From assembly GCF_009914755.1 (NCBI RefSeq), contig NC_060940.1: a stretch of DNA of 64,000 bases; one strand, given 5' to 3'. Position numbers and translations under genes: made by a program. The notes beneath the pieces are model-generated. The model ran no database searches and was not told the origin of the DNA. It saw only the letters and a program-made list of their open reading frames with translations. The DNA comes from the human T2T-CHM13v2.0 reference genome, Homo sapiens. Every line of letters begins with the position of its first letter. Positions within the stretch are counted from its first letter, which is position 1. This document shows, piece after piece, positions 60,448 through 64,000 of this stretch.

Positions 60448-60720
60448 TTTTTTTTTTTTTTTGAGACAGGGTCTCACTCTGTCACCCAGGCTAGAATGCA
60501 GTGGTGCGTGGTGCAATCTCAGCTCACTGCAGCCTCAACCTCTTGGGTTCAATCAACCTCAGTGTTCGGAGTACCTGGGACTACAGGTGCTCACCACCAT
60601 GCCTGGCTAATTTTTGTATTTTTTGTAGAGATGGGGTTTCGCCATGTTGCTCAGGCCGGTCTTGAACTCCTGGGCTTAAGCCATCCACCTGCCTTAGCCT
60701 CCCAAAGTGCTGAGATGACA
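60448..60720 (-). mobile_element. AluJ
   Basis: Dimeric Alu with a small internal deletion; 5' end abuts an LTR. Confidence 0.88.
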
Positions 60721-60730
60721 GATTTTCTGT

Positions 60731-61555
<825 letters not shown>

Positions 61556-61694
61556 TGAGTCTCCTTGTAAGCGCCTTGCTTTCTCCGCTTCCTCCCACAC
61601 TCCACTGGGCACCCACAGGAAGCCCTGACACACATAATGAGAAATGAGCAAAAGGGCATTTCTGCAAAGGGAGATGAAAAACAAATCTTAGAGG

Positions 61695-62200
61695 AGTGGC
61701 GAGTGTCCTGGTTAAGGCTATGGAGCCAGGCAGCCTGGGTTTGCTTGAAGGTCACCCCTGCCACCACCTCCTCACTGTGTGTACCAGCGCAGCCCCTCAC
61801 CACCCTCAACTGCCGTTTGCTCAGTTATGGAACGGGGACCAGGACAACACAAGATGCTGTGAGATTAAAGCGCATGAATACCCAACGGGGCCGGCATGTG
61901 GTGAGCACTGTGTGGACGGTAACTGCGATGATTCCTCACTCTGCCTTCTCCAAGGGAATCAGAACTGCAGACCCCCCGCAGAGAAAAACGATCACACCCT
62001 TTATTCAGCACTTCCCGCGTGTCTGACACACAGCACCCACAGCCTGGGGTATAAACACCAAAAACCACCCTCACAGGGGCGGAATGATGTTCATTCCCAT
62101 TTTGCAGAAGGGAAAACTGAGGTTCAGAGAGGTTAAGCAGGTTTCCCCCAAAACACAAAGCTGGAATTGGTGCGTGCAGCCAGGATTTCTGACTCCAAAA
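61695..62200. mobile_element. Tail-to-tail MIR pair (+ about 61695-61930; - about 61990-62200)
   Basis: ggttaaggctatggagccaggcagcctgggttt; cccattttgcagaagggaaaactgaggttcagagaggttaag. Confidence 0.7.
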
Positions 62201-62259
62201 ACTCTCCTCTCCTCTCCCTACTTTCAATCTCCCCCATTTCTGATCCCCTCCCCTCCACT

Positions 62260-63050
<791 letters not shown>

Positions 63051-63079
63051 AGCAGAGGTCCTACCAAGCTCGGCCCTCC

Positions 63080-63240
63080 CGACAATTTGGGTTGGATCAC
63101 TGTTTGCTGTGGCGCTGTCCTGCACTCTGTAGAATAAGATGTTTAGTGGCACCCCTGGTCTGTACCCACTAAATGCCTATACAGCTCCCGCCCTGTCCTG
63201 CCAACCAAAAATGTCTCCAGACATTGCCAGATAATGCACC
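63080..63240 (-). mobile_element. MER20 fragment
   Basis: gatgtttagtggcacccctggtctgtacccactaaatgcc...caaccaaaaatgtctccagacattgcca. Confidence 0.8.
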
Positions 63241-64000
63241 CCACATCCCTTCCGGGATAAACTGTGAGACTCCACGGCGATGCTATTTCAGGGACAAAAA
63301 GAAGCCTGTGCTTATGGAACAGAAACTGGCCTTGCCACGACCTCATTAGTGGAGAGGATGGGCCCCACTCATTTGGGGGAATTATTTGGGGAAAAGTATA
63401 AACTCCCTAGCTCAGCAGACTGCGAGCTCCCCATGAAAGGCCATGTGTCCTGGTTCCTCACACGGGGCCTGAGATGCGAAAGCACAGAGGGTACCTGGGA
63501 GGGACTGAGAAAGGAGGGGACTGTGGGGTCCAGTGGGCACATCCCTATCACAATCAGCCTGTGCAGCTAGGAGGCTGCCACGCACATCGGCAGACTCTGG
63601 CTTTCAAAATGACCCTGGAGGAGCTGCGGCTCCTGCTGGCATGTCAATGTCAACAGCCTTTACCCTCCCCAGCTCCTGGAATGCTAGAATTTAGATTCTC
63701 AGTTCTGCGGGAGAGCAGGACAGATTTACGGAATTCTCAGCGGCTGCCTCCACCAGGGGTTGCCAGGGGCAAGCATCTGCACCGTGGTGAAACATCTCTT
63801 TGAACAAGGAAGTGAGAGTGAGCATGTGCATTAACTATCGGAGATGTGGGGGAGAGGAGGAAGCCATGCAAATGAGCACGGACAGCCAGCAGAGACGTTT
63901 AACCTTGGTGCTGCTAGAGTACCCACAAGTGCTAACGAGGTGGCTGGTGTTGCTTTAATAATCAAATAATAACCAGGCAATGGTTTAGATCCATTTTGGA

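Overview
This is primate (human-like) euchromatic non-coding DNA, either a large intron or an intergenic region; I cannot identify the locus from sequence alone. No protein-coding exon, structural RNA gene or CRISPR array is supported, and the supplied ORFs are mostly Alu, LTR or low-complexity read-throughs. Roughly half the window is interspersed repeat: about 30 Alu/FLAM copies (J, S and Y types), many MIR and L2 relics, L1M 3' ends, about 12 solo LTRs (MLT1, MST, THE1, LTR8, MER4-like) and DNA-transposon relics (MER20 x3, MER102-like x6, MER47, MER58A, MER81, MER3/33, MER5A). Subfamily names come from recalled consensus motifs, not from a RepeatMasker run, and old-element boundaries are approximate. 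The main signal the repeats do not explain is a set of five or six short (about 55-190 bp) locally templated duplications, both direct and inverted. Each copy lies 0.8-4 kb from its partner, most sit in or at the edge of an older repeat, and some have palindromic or micro-repeat scars at the junction. Other candidates are a pseudoknot-topology motif in unique sequence (46.5 kb), a hairpin in a CpG-enriched patch (52.1 kb), a near-identical ETS+octamer 22-mer occurring twice 57 kb apart, and several enhancer-like motif clusters.
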